Positions 8,316-18,577 of a DNA stretch of 64,000 nt are shown here, piece by piece. This stretch comes from Candidatus Dormiibacterota bacterium. GTDB taxonomy: Bacteria > Chloroflexota > Dormibacteria > CF-121. The notes under the pieces are model-generated. The model did not search any database and had not been told where the DNA came from. It saw only the letters and a program-made list of their open reading frames with translations. The position numbers were made by a program, and so were the translations under genes. Position 1 is the stretch's first letter; the number at the start of each line of letters is the position of its first letter. The DNA lies in the NCBI GenBank assembly GCA_036782775.1, contig DAIPYJ010000006.1, positions 4,289 through 68,288 of the forward strand, in the 5' to 3' direction.

Positions 8316-9364
8316 GCCTCGACGCGCGCTTCCGGACGTCTATCGCCGGATTCGACTTCGACTTCGCGATCACGGCGGCGGCCGGCCAGACGATTGCCCT
8401 GCTCGGGCCGAACGGCGCCGGAAAGACCTCGGTGCTGCGCGCCCTCGCCGGCCTGCTGCCAATTACCGACGGGCGAGTCGTGCTCGATGAGACGGTGCTC
8501 GACGATGTGTGGACCGGCGTGCACCTGCCTCCCGAACGGCGCCCGATCGGCGTCGTCTTTCAGGATTACCTCCTGTTCCCGCACCTGACCGTTGCCGACA
8601 ACGTCGCGTTCGGATTGCGCGCCCGCGGCTTGTCCCGCGGCGAGTCAGCGCGCCAGGCCGGTGGGTGGATCGAGCGCCTGGGATTGGGGGAGTATGCGGA
8701 TCGACGGCCCAGCGCGTTGTCGGGCGGGCAAGCCCAGCGGGTTGCCCTGGCGCGGGCGTTGGCAACCAAACCGCGATTGCTGCTGCTCGATGAGCCAATG
8801 GCCGCGCTTGACGCCAGCACGCGCGTCAGCCTTCGACGCGAGCTGCGTCGCCAGCTCACTGGTTACGCCGGCGTGCGGCTGTTAGTCACGCACGACCCGG
8901 TCGAGGCGCTCGCAATGGCCGATCGGCTGCTGGTCATGGAAGGCGGGCGGGTCGTGCAGGAGGGCCTGACCACCGAGGTGACCCAGCGGCCACGCTCGCG
9001 CTACGTCGCCGACCTTGCCGGCGTCAATCTCTTCCGCGGTCGCGCCTCGGGCAATCACATCACACTCCCCGATGGCGGGTCACTGACGATCGCCACCGCG
9101 AGCGAGGGCGAGGTGTTCGCCATCGTCCACCCGCGCAGTGTCGCCCTCTATCGCACGCGTCCAGACGGAACGCCGCGAAATGTCTGGCAGGGGCGCGCGC
9201 TGGATCTCGACCTGATCGGTGATCGCGTCAGGGTGCGATTGGCCGGGCTTGTTCCGATCACCGCAGAAGTCACGCGCGCAGCGATCGGCGACCTGGGACT
9301 CGATCGCGGTGAGGAGGTCTGGATCGCCGTCAAGGCGACCGAGATCGATGTCTATGCTGCCTGA
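8312..9364 (+). CDS. modC: molybdate ABC transporter ATP-binding protein with C-terminal TOBE domain
   Basis: Walker A GPNGAGKTS, signature LSGGQAQRVALARAL, Walker B LLLLDEP. C-terminal TOBE-like 120 aa. Confidence 0.85.
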   Translation: MSLDARFRTSIAGFDFDFAITAAAGQTIALLGPNGAGKTSVLRALAGLLPITDGRVVLDETVLDDVWTGVHLPPERRPIGVVFQDYLLFPHLTVADNVAFGLRARGLSRGESARQAGGWIERLGLGEYADRRPSALSGGQAQRVALARALATKPRLLLLDEPMAALDASTRVSLRRELRRQLTGYAGVRLLVTHDPVEALAMADRLLVMEGGRVVQEGLTTEVTQRPRSRYVADLAGVNLFRGRASGNHITLPDGGSLTIATASEGEVFAIVHPRSVALYRTRPDGTPRNVWQGRALDLDLIGDRVRVRLAGLVPITAEVTRAAIGDLGLDRGEEVWIAVKATEIDVYAA

Positions 9365-9710
9365 TACGGCAGATCTCTTTGCGGGAGTTCCCGTCACGGA
9401 TCGGGCAAGGGCGGTCGAATGGTACGAACGACTGCTCGGGAAGGCGCCGTCATTTCTGCCCAACGACGCTGAGGCGGTCTGGGAGCTTGCCCCGCACCGA
9501 TACCTGTTTGTCGAAGTCAGCCCGCAGCGTGCCGGTCATGCCCGGCATCTCGTGTTCGTCGACGACTTCGAGGCCGCTATCGCGCAGATCGCCGCGCGCG
9601 GCATCGAGCCGTTCGAACGTGAAACCCTCGCGAATGGCGTACGCAAAGCGTCATATCGCGATCCAGACGGGAATCGCTTCGAGTTCGGCGGAAATCCAGC
9701 TCAGAGCTGA
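9348..9710 (+). CDS. VOC/glyoxalase-bleomycin resistance family protein
   Basis: About 120 aa, ends ..ASYRDPDGNRFEFG, typical VOC C-terminal motif. ATG at 9348 overlaps the modC stop. Confidence 0.7.
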   Translation: MSMLPDTADLFAGVPVTDRARAVEWYERLLGKAPSFLPNDAEAVWELAPHRYLFVEVSPQRAGHARHLVFVDDFEAAIAQIAARGIEPFERETLANGVRKASYRDPDGNRFEFGGNPAQS

Positions 9711-9847
9711 CAGGGATAGCCTCGCCCACGTTTGCGTTGCCTCGCGGCAACCTTCCGTGGTCTAATACACGCGTGACCCGCGCCGCGGTTCATGCTTACG
9801 TCTCAACAAGGCGCGAGAGCGCTGCCATGCTGCTTGCGGCTTAGCCT

Positions 9848-12800
9848 GTGCATTTAAAGTCGCTGCGACTGCAGGGCTTTAAGACCTTCGCGCGTCGCAC
9901 CGAGCTCACCTTCGGCAGCGGCATCACCGCCATCGTCGGCCCCAACGGCAGCGGCAAGTCCAACCTCGTCGACGCGATCCGATGGGCGCTCGGCGAGCGC
10001 AACGCGCGCGGTCTCCGCGGCCAGCGCATGGAAGACGTCATCTACGCCGGTGGTCCGGGAAAGTCCGGGATGGGCATGGCCGAGGTCAGCCTGCTGCTCG
10101 ACAACGCCGACCAGCGGCTGAACGTCGAGTTCAATGAGCTCGAGGTCGCCCGGCGGCTCTTCCGCTCAGGCGAAAGCGAATACCTGATCAACGGATCGCG
10201 CGCCCGGCTCAAGGACATCGATGCCTTGCTCGCCAGCACCGGGCTCCGCCAGGACGGCTACGCCGTCACCGCGCAGAACGACATCGATTACGTGATCCAG
10301 GCAGCCCCCGGCATCAGGCGCGACCTGATCGAAGAGGCGGCCGGCGTTCGGCGCCTGCGCGAGCAACGGCAGGAAGCCGTCAACCGTCTGCTCGAAGCCG
10401 ATCGCGATATGCGGCGTGCCCGCGACATCCTCAACGAGCTCGCGCCCCGTGCCGAGGAGCTGCGCGCGCAGGCTGAGGCCGCGCTCGAGTATCAGCGGAT
10501 CGCTGACCAGGTCAAGACGTTGCAGGGAAGCCTCGCGCGGGACGCGTGGCGCAAGGCGATGGTGCAGCTGCGTCGGGCAAAGAGTCGTGTCCAGGCAGCC
10601 GAACAGAAATTGGCGTCAGCCACCGAGGCGCTGCAGGAATTCGAACCCGTTTATGCGGCGCATCGCCAGGAATTGCTGGACGCCCGCGAGGCGCGCTGGC
10701 GGCAGCAGGAATCGGTCGCCGCCGCGAGACTGCAGCTCGCCGACGCCCAGCACCAGGCTCGCATCGCGCAGGAGCGCAACCTCGCCGCGGTCCAGGCGCT
10801 CGAGGCGCTGCAACGCGAGCTCCGCCGGCTCAGCGAGTCCGAGGAGGCGGGGGGTCGCGTGGTAGAGGAATTGAAGCGCGCGGCCGAAGCTGCCGCCACG
10901 GAGCTGGCAAGTGCCGACGCGAAGCTTGCCGAGGCCCTCGCGGCCGAAGCTGCGGCGAGCGAGGCCCAGGTTGCGCTCAACCAACAGCGAGCTCAGCTGC
11001 AGGCCCGAGCGCAGAGCTTGCAACGTGAAGCACTGGCCGCGGGCGCGGAGTTCCGGCAGCTCGATGGTCGGGTGCAATTCCTGATTGATCAGCAAGGCCA
11101 GTTGCGCCGCGAGCTCGAGTCGTGGACGATTCGGCGAACGGCGATCGGCGATGAACTCGATAGCCGCCAACGAGCCGCCAGCGTCGCCGAAGACCAGCTG
11201 CGAGATGTCGGGACTCGAGCCGCCTCCATTGATGAGCGCCTCGGAGGGGTCGAGCAGGCGCTCGACGTCGCGCGCAAGCGTGTGACGGCGCATGAGGCGC
11301 GACTGCGTGGCCTCGAGGCCGAGCTCGGGGCGCTACGGACACTTCTCGATGGCGCGCAACGACGGAGCCCGGTCGACGGCGGCGAGCGGTGGGAACGCCT
11401 GCTCGAGGTCATCGAGGTCGATCCCGAGCATCGAGCCGCCGTGGAATCAGCGCTCGAGGGATGGTTGCACGGCTGGATCGCGGGTGACCGTTCGAACTTC
11501 GAGCACGGGGCGCGCCGTCTGCAGGAATCGGAAGACGCCCGGGAAACGCTGCTCTGGTCGAGCGACGTGGTGCCGGTCCATGCGATACCAGCCGGCCTGG
11601 TTGCCGCGGCGTCGCTGGTCAACGCCCCACCTGAGCTGATGGGGGTTATCGAGCACCTTCTCGATGGTGTCGTGCTGGTGAGCGATCGCGACCAGGCAAG
11701 CGAGATGGTCCGTGATCATCCGGAGCTCCGCGCCGTCACGCCGTCGGGAGAGCTGATCACGGCCGTGTCGTACCGGGGCGGACGGGCGGCTGATCCGGTG
11801 CTTGCGGTGCAGGCGCGCATTCGAGAAACCGAGGACGCGCTCGGTGTCGAACGCCGCTTTTCGCTGGCGGCGGTGGAAGATGTTGAGCGCCTGGTGGCCG
11901 ATCGGTTCCGGATGCTGGGCGAGCGGCAGCAATTGGCCGACCTGATGAACGCCGCCCGCACCGAAGCCGGTCAGGCAGCGGGGGCCCTTGCTGCCGTCAG
12001 CGAGGCTGTCCGGCGCGAGGACGAACGCGGATCGCAGCTGAAGCAGCAGCTCGAGCGGATGACGCTATTGCTCGATCAGGCCGAGTCGCTTCGCGCCGAA
12101 ACCACGGCACGGCAGAGCTCGCTAACCGAGCAGGAGCAGGCCGTCCTGCAGGAGATCGACACGGTTGAGCGGAACATCTCCGAGCAGTCCGCCAGCGTCA
12201 CCGACAGCGTCGCTCGCCGTCAGCAGGCTGAGCTGCGGGCGGCGCTCGCCCGCCAACGGTCGGAAGACTTGACCCGTCAGCTCGAACAAGCGCAAGCCCT
12301 ACTGCGTTCGCACGGCGACGAGCTGATGCAGCGCCGCGCCGCCGAGGAAGAGCTCGCGGTTCAGCCCGCACTCATCAACGAGGAGCGGCATCAATGGCTC
12401 GAGCGGGCGTCTGTTCTTCAGACCGAGCTCGACGCGCTCGAAGCGCTACCGCTTCCCGACGACGAGGGCATCGCGCTGCTCGAGGCGCAAGTGCGCGATG
12501 ACGAGCAGCGGAATGTCAGCCTCCAGGTGCAACTGGCGCATGCCGACGATGCCCAGGCGTCGGCCCGTGCGGAAAGCGAAGCCGCGCAGGTCGAGGTCGA
12601 TCGTTGTGCCGGCGTACTGCGCCAGGAAGGACAGGCGATCGATGAGGAATCCGACCAGCCCGAGGAGGTCGACTGGCAAAAAACCGAGCGCGAAGTGTCG
12701 CGCCTGCAACGCCGGCTAGAAGCGATGGGTGCCGTGAACCTGCTGGCGCCCGATGAGTACACGCAAGCCAGCGAGCGCTGCGAGAGCCTCAGCACCCAGC

Positions 12801-13366
12801 TGACCGATTTGGAGCAGGCCTCGCAGCAGCTGACCGAGCTTCGCCAGCGCCTCGAGGACGAAATCGACGGGCGCTTTCGAACCGTCTTCCAGGCGGTCGC
12901 CGCCAACTTCCAGGAGTTCTTCTCCGAGCTGTTTCCCGGGGGTCGCGCCACCCTGCGCCTGGAAAACCCGGCAGAAGGCGAGGGCAACCCGCTGGACGAC
13001 GGCGTCGAAATCCTGGCCCAGGCGCCCGGCAAGCGGCTTCAGCCGCTGACCTTGCTTTCCGGCGGCGAGCGGGCGCTGACCGCGCTGGCCTTCCTGTTCG
13101 CGCTGCAAGCGGTCAATCCCAGCCCCTTCTATGTCCTCGACGAGGTCGATGCTGCGCTCGACGATGCCAACGTCGTGCGCTTCAATCGGGTTCTCTCGCG
13201 GCTCGCCGAGCAGCAGCAGTTCCTGGTCGTGACCCACAACCACTCGACGATGGCACGCGCCGAGGCGCTCTACGGCGTGACCCTCGGCGAGCACGGCATC
13301 TCGCGCATCGTCTCCGTCCGGCTCCAGCAGGACACGCTGGTGCCGGTTGCCGAGCGTTCCGCCTAG
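9848..13366 (+). CDS. smc: chromosome segregation protein SMC
   Basis: GTG start. N-terminal Walker [15 protein letters not shown], long coiled coils, hinge, C-terminal [17 protein letters not shown]...[11 protein letters not shown]. Confidence 0.9.
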   Translation: MHLKSLRLQGFKTFARRTELTFGSGITAIVGPNGSGKSNLVDAIRWALGERNARGLRGQRMEDVIYAGGPGKSGMGMAEVSLLLDNADQRLNVEFNELEVARRLFRSGESEYLINGSRARLKDIDALLASTGLRQDGYAVTAQNDIDYVIQAAPGIRRDLIEEAAGVRRLREQRQEAVNRLLEADRDMRRARDILNELAPRAEELRAQAEAALEYQRIADQVKTLQGSLARDAWRKAMVQLRRAKSRVQAAEQKLASATEALQEFEPVYAAHRQELLDAREARWRQQESVAAARLQLADAQHQARIAQERNLAAVQALEALQRELRRLSESEEAGGRVVEELKRAAEAAATELASADAKLAEALAAEAAASEAQVALNQQRAQLQARAQSLQREALAAGAEFRQLDGRVQFLIDQQGQLRRELESWTIRRTAIGDELDSRQRAASVAEDQLRDVGTRAASIDERLGGVEQALDVARKRVTAHEARLRGLEAELGALRTLLDGAQRRSPVDGGERWERLLEVIEVDPEHRAAVESALEGWLHGWIAGDRSNFEHGARRLQESEDARETLLWSSDVVPVHAIPAGLVAAASLVNAPPELMGVIEHLLDGVVLVSDRDQASEMVRDHPELRAVTPSGELITAVSYRGGRAADPVLAVQARIRETEDALGVERRFSLAAVEDVERLVADRFRMLGERQQLADLMNAARTEAGQAAGALAAVSEAVRREDERGSQLKQQLERMTLLLDQAESLRAETTARQSSLTEQEQAVLQEIDTVERNISEQSASVTDSVARRQQAELRAALARQRSEDLTRQLEQAQALLRSHGDELMQRRAAEEELAVQPALINEERHQWLERASVLQTELDALEALPLPDDEGIALLEAQVRDDEQRNVSLQVQLAHADDAQASARAESEAAQVEVDRCAGVLRQEGQAIDEESDQPEEVDWQKTEREVSRLQRRLEAMGAVNLLAPDEYTQASERCESLSTQLTDLEQASQQLTELRQRLEDEIDGRFRTVFQAVAANFQEFFSELFPGGRATLRLENPAEGEGNPLDDGVEILAQAPGKRLQPLTLLSGGERALTALAFLFALQAVNPSPFYVLDEVDAALDDANVVRFNRVLSRLAEQQQFLVVTHNHSTMARAEALYGVTLGEHGISRIVSVRLQQDTLVPVAERSA

Positions 13367-14327
13367 CATCGAGTCCATGCCGGCGGAGCCGGAGAAGGCT
13401 ACCCGACAAGGGTTCTGGAAGCGATTCGCCAATACGCTCGACGCTGGGCGCCAGGCCTACGTCGCCGATATGAAGGAGGTGTTCGGCCGTCCGGCCCTCG
13501 ACGCCGGATTCTGGGACGATCTCGAAGCCACCCTGCTCGCAGCCGACGCTGGGATGCCCGTGACCGAGCGCGTGGTCGAGGAGCTTCGGCGTCAGGCAGC
13601 GGGCGCACACCTGCGATCACCGGCGCAGGCGCTTGCCTTTCTCAAGGAGGACCTGCTGAGCGAGATGCAGCCTCGTTCCCGGGATCTCAATCTCACCGCG
13701 ACGCCGGCCGTGCTGCTCGTGGTCGGCGTCAACGGCTCCGGGAAGACGACGACGATCGGCAAGCTGGCGCACCTGTTGCGCGACGAGGGGAGGAGACCGC
13801 TCCTTGCCGCTGCCGACACCTTTCGCGCCGCAGCCATCGACCAGCTCAAGCTCTGGGCAGAACGTGCCCAGGTCGAGGTCGTGGCCCATCAGCCCGGTGC
13901 CGACCCGGGCGCGGTGGCCTTCGACGCGGTCCAGGCGGCGAGAGCTCGCGGGGCGGACACCGTGCTGATCGACACGGCCGGCCGGCTGCACACGAGAAGC
14001 GACCTGATGGAGGAGTTACGCAAGATTCAGCGGGTGCTTCGGCGCCTCGATCCGAGTGCGCCGCACGAAGTCCTTGCCGTGCTCGACGCCCACGTGGGAC
14101 AGAACTCCGCGCAGCAGGTGAAAGTCTTTGCCGAGGCGGTCGGACTCACCGGCCTGGCGGTGACGAAGATGGATGGCAGCGCGCGTGCCGGCGTGGTGCT
14201 TAGTATCGAGGCGGAGCTTGGCGTTCCGGTCAAGCTGGTTGGGATCGGCGAAGGACTCGACGACCTGAATCGATTCGACCCGGGACAATACCTCGATGCG
14301 CTGTTACGAACAGAGGAGGCCGCATGA
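13347..14327 (+). CDS. ftsY: signal recognition particle receptor
   Basis: NG domain GVNGSGKTTTIGKLA, DTAGR, TKMDG (written TKMDGSARAG here). Possible start ATG 13377. Confidence 0.9.
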   Translation: MPSVPPSIESMPAEPEKATRQGFWKRFANTLDAGRQAYVADMKEVFGRPALDAGFWDDLEATLLAADAGMPVTERVVEELRRQAAGAHLRSPAQALAFLKEDLLSEMQPRSRDLNLTATPAVLLVVGVNGSGKTTTIGKLAHLLRDEGRRPLLAAADTFRAAAIDQLKLWAERAQVEVVAHQPGADPGAVAFDAVQAARARGADTVLIDTAGRLHTRSDLMEELRKIQRVLRRLDPSAPHEVLAVLDAHVGQNSAQQVKVFAEAVGLTGLAVTKMDGSARAGVVLSIEAELGVPVKLVGIGEGLDDLNRFDPGQYLDALLRTEEAA

Positions 14328-14584
14328 ACTCAGAGCAGGACTCGAAGGCGTACGTCAAGCTGGTCACCGCGAACGGGCTCGTCGAGGCGGACACCTGGAA
14401 AGCGGTCCTTGAGACTTCCGGCATCTCGGTCTATCTCCGTCATGAAGCCATGGCGACGGTGATTCCTGAAGTCGTCGGCGAGCTGGCGGCGGTCGACCTC
14501 TGGGTGCCTCGAGAGCAAGCTACTCGGGCGATGGAGATTCTTCAAGATGAGCGCGTCGAGCCTCCCGAGGACGAGCAGGTCTGA
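14324..14584 (+). CDS. DUF2007-like putative signal-transducing protein
   Basis: 86 aa with 4-nt overlap to ftsY. Pattern KLVTANGLVEADTWKAVLETSGISVYLRHE typical of DUF2007. Confidence 0.6.
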   Translation: MNSEQDSKAYVKLVTANGLVEADTWKAVLETSGISVYLRHEAMATVIPEVVGELAAVDLWVPREQATRAMEILQDERVEPPEDEQV

Positions 14585-14607
14585 CCGGCATTCTTCTCGT
14601 CATCCTG

Positions 14608-14715
14608 GTGGCGATCGTCGCCGCCGTGGCCCTCATTGCCGCGGTCACCGGCATCCTCTGGTTGATCCAGTTCGTCCTCGGCAACGAGGAGCGTCGGGAG
14701 GGCGGGCGCAGCTAG
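14608..14715 (+). CDS. candidate unannotated micro-protein, single hydrophobic TM helix (35 aa from GTG 14608, 44 aa from CTG 14581)
   Basis: Frame-3 ORF (TG)ILLVILVAIVAAVALIAAVTGILWLIQFVLGNEERREGGRS*. About 90% G/C at third positions with T-rich second positions, a coding signature. Not in the ORF track because it has no ATG. Confidence 0.3.
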   Translation: MAIVAAVALIAAVTGILWLIQFVLGNEERREGGRS

Positions 14716-14720
14716 CTATA

Positions 14721-14744
14721 CTGTCAAGGATTAATGCTTGACAG
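14721..14744. promoter_or_regulatory. perfect inverted repeat CTGTCAAG-N8-CTTGACAG overlapping the ylxM start codon, preceded by TATACT (14717-14722)
   Basis: 8-bp arms are exact reverse complements. The spacer GATTAATG contains the ylxM ATG (14734). Could be an operator or an RNA hairpin sequestering the start. Confidence 0.4.
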
Positions 14745-14976
14745 TGCCCGCCGCCGCCAACGCCAGCTTCGCCTCCTCGACCTCTATGGAACGCTCCTGA
14801 CCGAGCACCAGCGCCGAATTTTGCACCTCGCCTGGGAGCTCGACTGGTCGTATGGCGAGATCGCCCAGCGGGAATGCGTCTCCCGCACGGCGGTGTATGA
14901 CCTGGTCCGCCGGACGACGACCAACCTCGACGACTACGAGCGCAAGCTCGGCCTGGAGCGGGCACAACGTGTTTGA
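14734..14976 (+). CDS. ylxM: YlxM/UPF0122 small sigma-region-4-like protein of the ffh operon
   Basis: 80 aa LTEHQRRILHLAWELDWSYGEIAQRECVSRTAVYDLVRR, typical YlxM HTH. Immediately upstream of ffh. Confidence 0.8.
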   Translation: MLDSARRRQRQLRLLDLYGTLLTEHQRRILHLAWELDWSYGEIAQRECVSRTAVYDLVRRTTTNLDDYERKLGLERAQRV

Positions 14977-16303
14977 TTCGCTGAGCGACCGGCTGGACAA
15001 AGCCTTAAAGAAGCTGACCGGGCGCGGCAAGCTGAGCGAGGAAGACGTCGACGTCGGCTTGCGTGAAGTCCGGCTGGCCCTGCTCGAAGCCGACGTCAAT
15101 TACAAGGTCGTCAAGGATTTCATCGCCGCGATCCGCGCCCGCGCCGTCGGTGCCGAGGTGATGGAGAGCCTCAATCCAGGCCAGCAGCTGGTGAAGATCG
15201 TGGATGCGGAACTCACCCGGCTGCTCGGCGAGCATGTCCCCATGAGTTACGCGTCGTCACCGCCCACGGTCATCGTGCTTGCCGGGTTGCAAGGGTCGGG
15301 CAAGACCACCACCGCCGGCAAGCTCGCCCTCTTTACCCGTCGCGAGGGCCATCGGCCCTTGCTGGTCTCGACCGACGTTCGACGGCCCGCCGCGATGGAA
15401 CAGCTGGAAACGCTCGCCAAAAGCATCAACGCGCCGTCATACGCCCCTCGCGGCAAGGATCCGGTCACGATCGCGCGAGAGTCGGTCGCTGAGGCTCGCC
15501 GAGTGAATGCCGACGTGATCCTGATCGACACGGCGGGCCGCCTCCAGGTCGATCAGGATCTGCTGGCAGAGCTGAAGCAGATCACGCAGGCCATTCCCTC
15601 GCAGCAGCGCTTGCTCATCCTGGACGCGATGACCGGGCAGCAGGCGGTCAATGTCACCTCAGCGTTTCAGCAGACGGTCGCGTTGACCGGCGCCATCCTC
15701 AGCAAGCTCGACGGCGACGCCCGCGGGGGCGCCGCGCTCTCGCTCCGGGCGGTGACGCAGTGCCCGATTCAGTTCATCGGTGTTGGCGAGAAGCTGACCG
15801 ACCTCGAGATCTTCTATCCCGACCGCATGGCCTCGCGCATCCTGGGCATGGGGGACGTCTTGACGCTGATCGAAAAAGCGCAGGAGCACGTCGATGAGTC
15901 GACGGCGCGGGATATGGAAAAGAAGTTGCGCGCGGGCCACCTGAGCCTGGCCGACTTCATGGAGCAACTGAAGCAGGTCAAGAAGATGGGGCCGCTGGAG
16001 AACATCATCGGCATGCTGCCCGGTGCGGGAAAGATCAAGAATCTTGCCGGTGCCATGCCGAGCGACGACCAGCTCAAGGAAATGGAGGCGATCATTCTCT
16101 CGATGACGCCGGCCGAACGGGAACGCCCGGAGACCATCGATGGCAGCCGCCGCCGGCGGATTGCCAGGGGATCGGGCACTGATCTGGCTGCCGTCAATCG
16201 TTTGCTGAAGGGCTTCCAGCAGATGCAGCAATTGATGCGACAGATGGGGAAGGGGAGAGGCATCAAAGGATTGCCGATCGACCCGGCGCAGCTCTTACGA
16301 TAG
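14969..16303 (+). CDS. ffh: signal recognition particle protein
   Basis: GTG start giving VFDSLSDRL. GLQGSGKTTTAGKLA, M-domain with Met-rich and GSGTD motifs. Confidence 0.9.
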   Translation: MFDSLSDRLDKALKKLTGRGKLSEEDVDVGLREVRLALLEADVNYKVVKDFIAAIRARAVGAEVMESLNPGQQLVKIVDAELTRLLGEHVPMSYASSPPTVIVLAGLQGSGKTTTAGKLALFTRREGHRPLLVSTDVRRPAAMEQLETLAKSINAPSYAPRGKDPVTIARESVAEARRVNADVILIDTAGRLQVDQDLLAELKQITQAIPSQQRLLILDAMTGQQAVNVTSAFQQTVALTGAILSKLDGDARGGAALSLRAVTQCPIQFIGVGEKLTDLEIFYPDRMASRILGMGDVLTLIEKAQEHVDESTARDMEKKLRAGHLSLADFMEQLKQVKKMGPLENIIGMLPGAGKIKNLAGAMPSDDQLKEMEAIILSMTPAERERPETIDGSRRRRIARGSGTDLAAVNRLLKGFQQMQQLMRQMGKGRGIKGLPIDPAQLLR

Positions 16304-16349
16304 CGGCCCCGGTGTGGAAAGGCCGCGTGCCAAATAAAGGAGGTTTCAG

Positions 16350-16694
16350 GTGTCGGTAAAAATTCGACTACGACGGATTGGGGCGAAAAAACACCCGTTT
16401 TACCGCCTGGTGGTGGCGGACACCCGCTCACCGAGAGACGGCAAATTCATCGAGATCCTGGGGACCTACGATCCCATGACCGAACCGGTCAAGCTCAATA
16501 TCGACCAGGAGAAGGTGAAGGCCTGGTTGCAAAAGGGAGCGCGGCCGTCAGACACGGCTCGTGCCTTCCTCATCGGCCAGGGCTTGCTGCCCAAGGAGTC
16601 GGCAAAAAAGCGGCCGACCAAGCCGCCCAAGAGCAAGCAGGCCGCCGCCGAGGGTGCTCCGCAGCCCGCCACTGCCGCGACCGCGGAGGGCTAG
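16350..16694 (+). CDS. rpsP: 30S ribosomal protein S16 with about 30-aa Lys/Ala/Pro-rich C-terminal extension
   Basis: MSVKIRLRRIGAKKHPFYRLVVAD. RBS AAAGGAGG upstream. Confidence 0.9.
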   Translation: MSVKIRLRRIGAKKHPFYRLVVADTRSPRDGKFIEILGTYDPMTEPVKLNIDQEKVKAWLQKGARPSDTARAFLIGQGLLPKESAKKRPTKPPKSKQAAAEGAPQPATAATAEG

Positions 16695-16697
16695 GCC

Positions 16698-16934
16698 GTG
16701 CACGATTACACGGACCTGGTCAGCTACATCATCAAGGCGATGGTCTCCAAGCCCGATGAGGTCAAGGTGGCCATGGTGGAAGGGGAGCGCACCAATCGCG
16801 TCGAAGTCACCCTCGCCAACGACGACGTCGGCAAGGTCATCGGACGCGGCGGTCGCAACATCGACGCGATTCGAGCCGTCGTTCGCGCCGCGGCGCTAAA
16901 AAATCACGATCGGGTGATGGTCGAGATCGTGTGA
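16698..16934 (+). CDS. KH-domain RNA-binding protein (YlqC/UPF0109)
   Basis: VGKVIGRGGRNIDAIRAVV KH motif. Conserved position between rpsP and rimM. Confidence 0.8.
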   Translation: MHDYTDLVSYIIKAMVSKPDEVKVAMVEGERTNRVEVTLANDDVGKVIGRGGRNIDAIRAVVRAAALKNHDRVMVEIV

Positions 16935-17437
16935 GCGTCGCTCGGCCCAAGCTGCGCGTCGGTCGCATTTCGAAGGCACACGGCGTCAAGGGTGCGCTTC
17001 GGGTCGAGCTTCTCACCGATTTTCCTGAGCGGTTTGCCCCGGGCAGCGAGCTCGAGGTTGGAGGTCGCTCGATGGTGGTTGCCGGATCCGAGGAGCGCGA
17101 CGGCGGCCTGATCGTGCGCTTTCAGGGCGTCGACGACCGGAACGCCGCCGAGCAACTGGTCGGTGCCTACTGCACGCTGCCGCTTGCCGCGGCCAAGCCA
17201 CTGCCGGCCGACCGCTTCTATCAGTTTCAGCTGGTTGGCCTGCCGGTTTTCGATCGTCGACGCCAGCGTGAGTTAGGGCGCGTCGCCGAGGTGCTGAGCT
17301 ATGCCGCGAATGACGTGCTGCGGGTGGTCGACGGAAACACAGAAGTCTTGATCCCGATGCTGAAGAGCGTGGTCCGTTCGATCGATTCCGCCGAAGGGCG
17401 GATCATCGTCGAGCTTCCTGAGGAGACGGAGGCGTGA
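16931..17437 (+). CDS. rimM: 16S rRNA processing protein RimM
   Basis: [30 protein letters not shown] barrel C-terminus. 4-nt overlaps on both sides. Confidence 0.85.
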   Translation: MSVARPKLRVGRISKAHGVKGALRVELLTDFPERFAPGSELEVGGRSMVVAGSEERDGGLIVRFQGVDDRNAAEQLVGAYCTLPLAAAKPLPADRFYQFQLVGLPVFDRRRQRELGRVAEVLSYAANDVLRVVDGNTEVLIPMLKSVVRSIDSAEGRIIVELPEETEA

Positions 17438-18114
17438 TCTTCGAGGTCCTCACCTTGTTCCCGACCCTCTTTCCAGGGCCGCTGACCTCCGGCGTCACCG
17501 GGCGCGGCATGGCCGCGGGACGGATCAGCCTTCGCATCCACAACCTCCGCGACTACACCCACGATCGCCACCGCCAGGTGGACGACGTTCCCTATGGCGG
17601 CGGCGCCGGCATGGTGCTCAAGCCGGAGCCGATCTTCGAGGCGGTTCGCGCCCGGGAAGGCAAAGGGCCGGTCATCCTCCTCAGTCCGCAGGGCGAGCGC
17701 CTGACCCAAGCGGTGGTGCGACAGCTCGGAAGCCACGACGACCTGTACTTGATCTGCGGCCGCTACGAGGGTGTCGACGAGCGCGTCGCGGCGCACCTGG
17801 TCGACCGGGAGGTCTCGATCGGCGATTACATCCTGACCGGCGGCGAGCTGGCCGCGATGGTGGTGGTCGATGCGGTGAGCCGGCTGGTCACCGGCGTCCT
17901 TGGCTCCGAGGAATCACCCCTCGACGAGTCGTTCGCCGAAGGCCTGCTCGAGTACCCGCATTACACCCGCCCTCCGGTGTTCGAGGGACACGCGGTGCCG
18001 GACGTCTTACTCTCAGGCCACCACGCCGAAATCGAGCGCTGGCGCCGCGAGCAGGCTGCCGAGCGCACCCGGCGCCGCCGGCCCGATCTGCTGGCCGGCA
18101 ATCACCCCACCTGA
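17434..18114 (+). CDS. trmD: tRNA (guanine37-N1)-methyltransferase
   Basis: [12 protein letters not shown]..., [19 protein letters not shown] motifs. Confidence 0.9.
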   Translation: MIFEVLTLFPTLFPGPLTSGVTGRGMAAGRISLRIHNLRDYTHDRHRQVDDVPYGGGAGMVLKPEPIFEAVRAREGKGPVILLSPQGERLTQAVVRQLGSHDDLYLICGRYEGVDERVAAHLVDREVSIGDYILTGGELAAMVVVDAVSRLVTGVLGSEESPLDESFAEGLLEYPHYTRPPVFEGHAVPDVLLSGHHAEIERWRREQAAERTRRRRPDLLAGNHPT

Positions 18115-18135
18115 CGGCGACTGATCGGCGAACGG

Positions 18136-18570
18136 GTGATATCCTTGTACGCCGTGCCAAACGTCATCGACCTGCTGCAGGCCGAGGCCCGAAAGGAAAA
18201 GGTCCCCGCCTTAACGGCCGGCGACACCGTCAAGGTCCACGCGCGCGTCGTCGAAGGCAATCGCGAACGGGTCCAGATCTTCGAGGGAACCGTGATCGGC
18301 CTTCGTGGAAGCGGCAGCAAAGAAACCTTCACCGTGCGTCGCATCGCCCACGGAGTGGGCGTCGAACGGAGTTTTCTGCTGCACTCGCCCCGGATCGACC
18401 GGATCGATGTCGTCCGCCATGGGAAGGTTCGACGGGCCAAGCTGTATTACCTGCGAGGAAAAGTTGGGAAGAGCGCCCGCATCCGCGAAAAGCGCCAGGC
18501 CGTCACCAGCGGCGGCGGCGCCGAGCGACCCACCGGCAGCGAAGAAACGCCCGAAGCCGCGGAAAGCTGA
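18136..18570 (+). CDS. rplS: 50S ribosomal protein L19 with about 30-aa C-terminal extension
   Basis: [10 protein letters not shown]-like [32 protein letters not shown]. Alternative GTG start at 18154. Confidence 0.85.
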   Translation: MISLYAVPNVIDLLQAEARKEKVPALTAGDTVKVHARVVEGNRERVQIFEGTVIGLRGSGSKETFTVRRIAHGVGVERSFLLHSPRIDRIDVVRHGKVRRAKLYYLRGKVGKSARIREKRQAVTSGGGAERPTGSEETPEAAES

Positions 18571-18577
18571 CCGCGAC

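Noticed and set aside
10616-13432. Several 200-240-aa minus-strand ORFs and apparent repeats inside smc
   Set aside because: Antisense of the SMC coiled-coil region. The repetitiveness is compositional (Ala/Glu/Gln/Arg codons), not tandem repeats or CRISPR.
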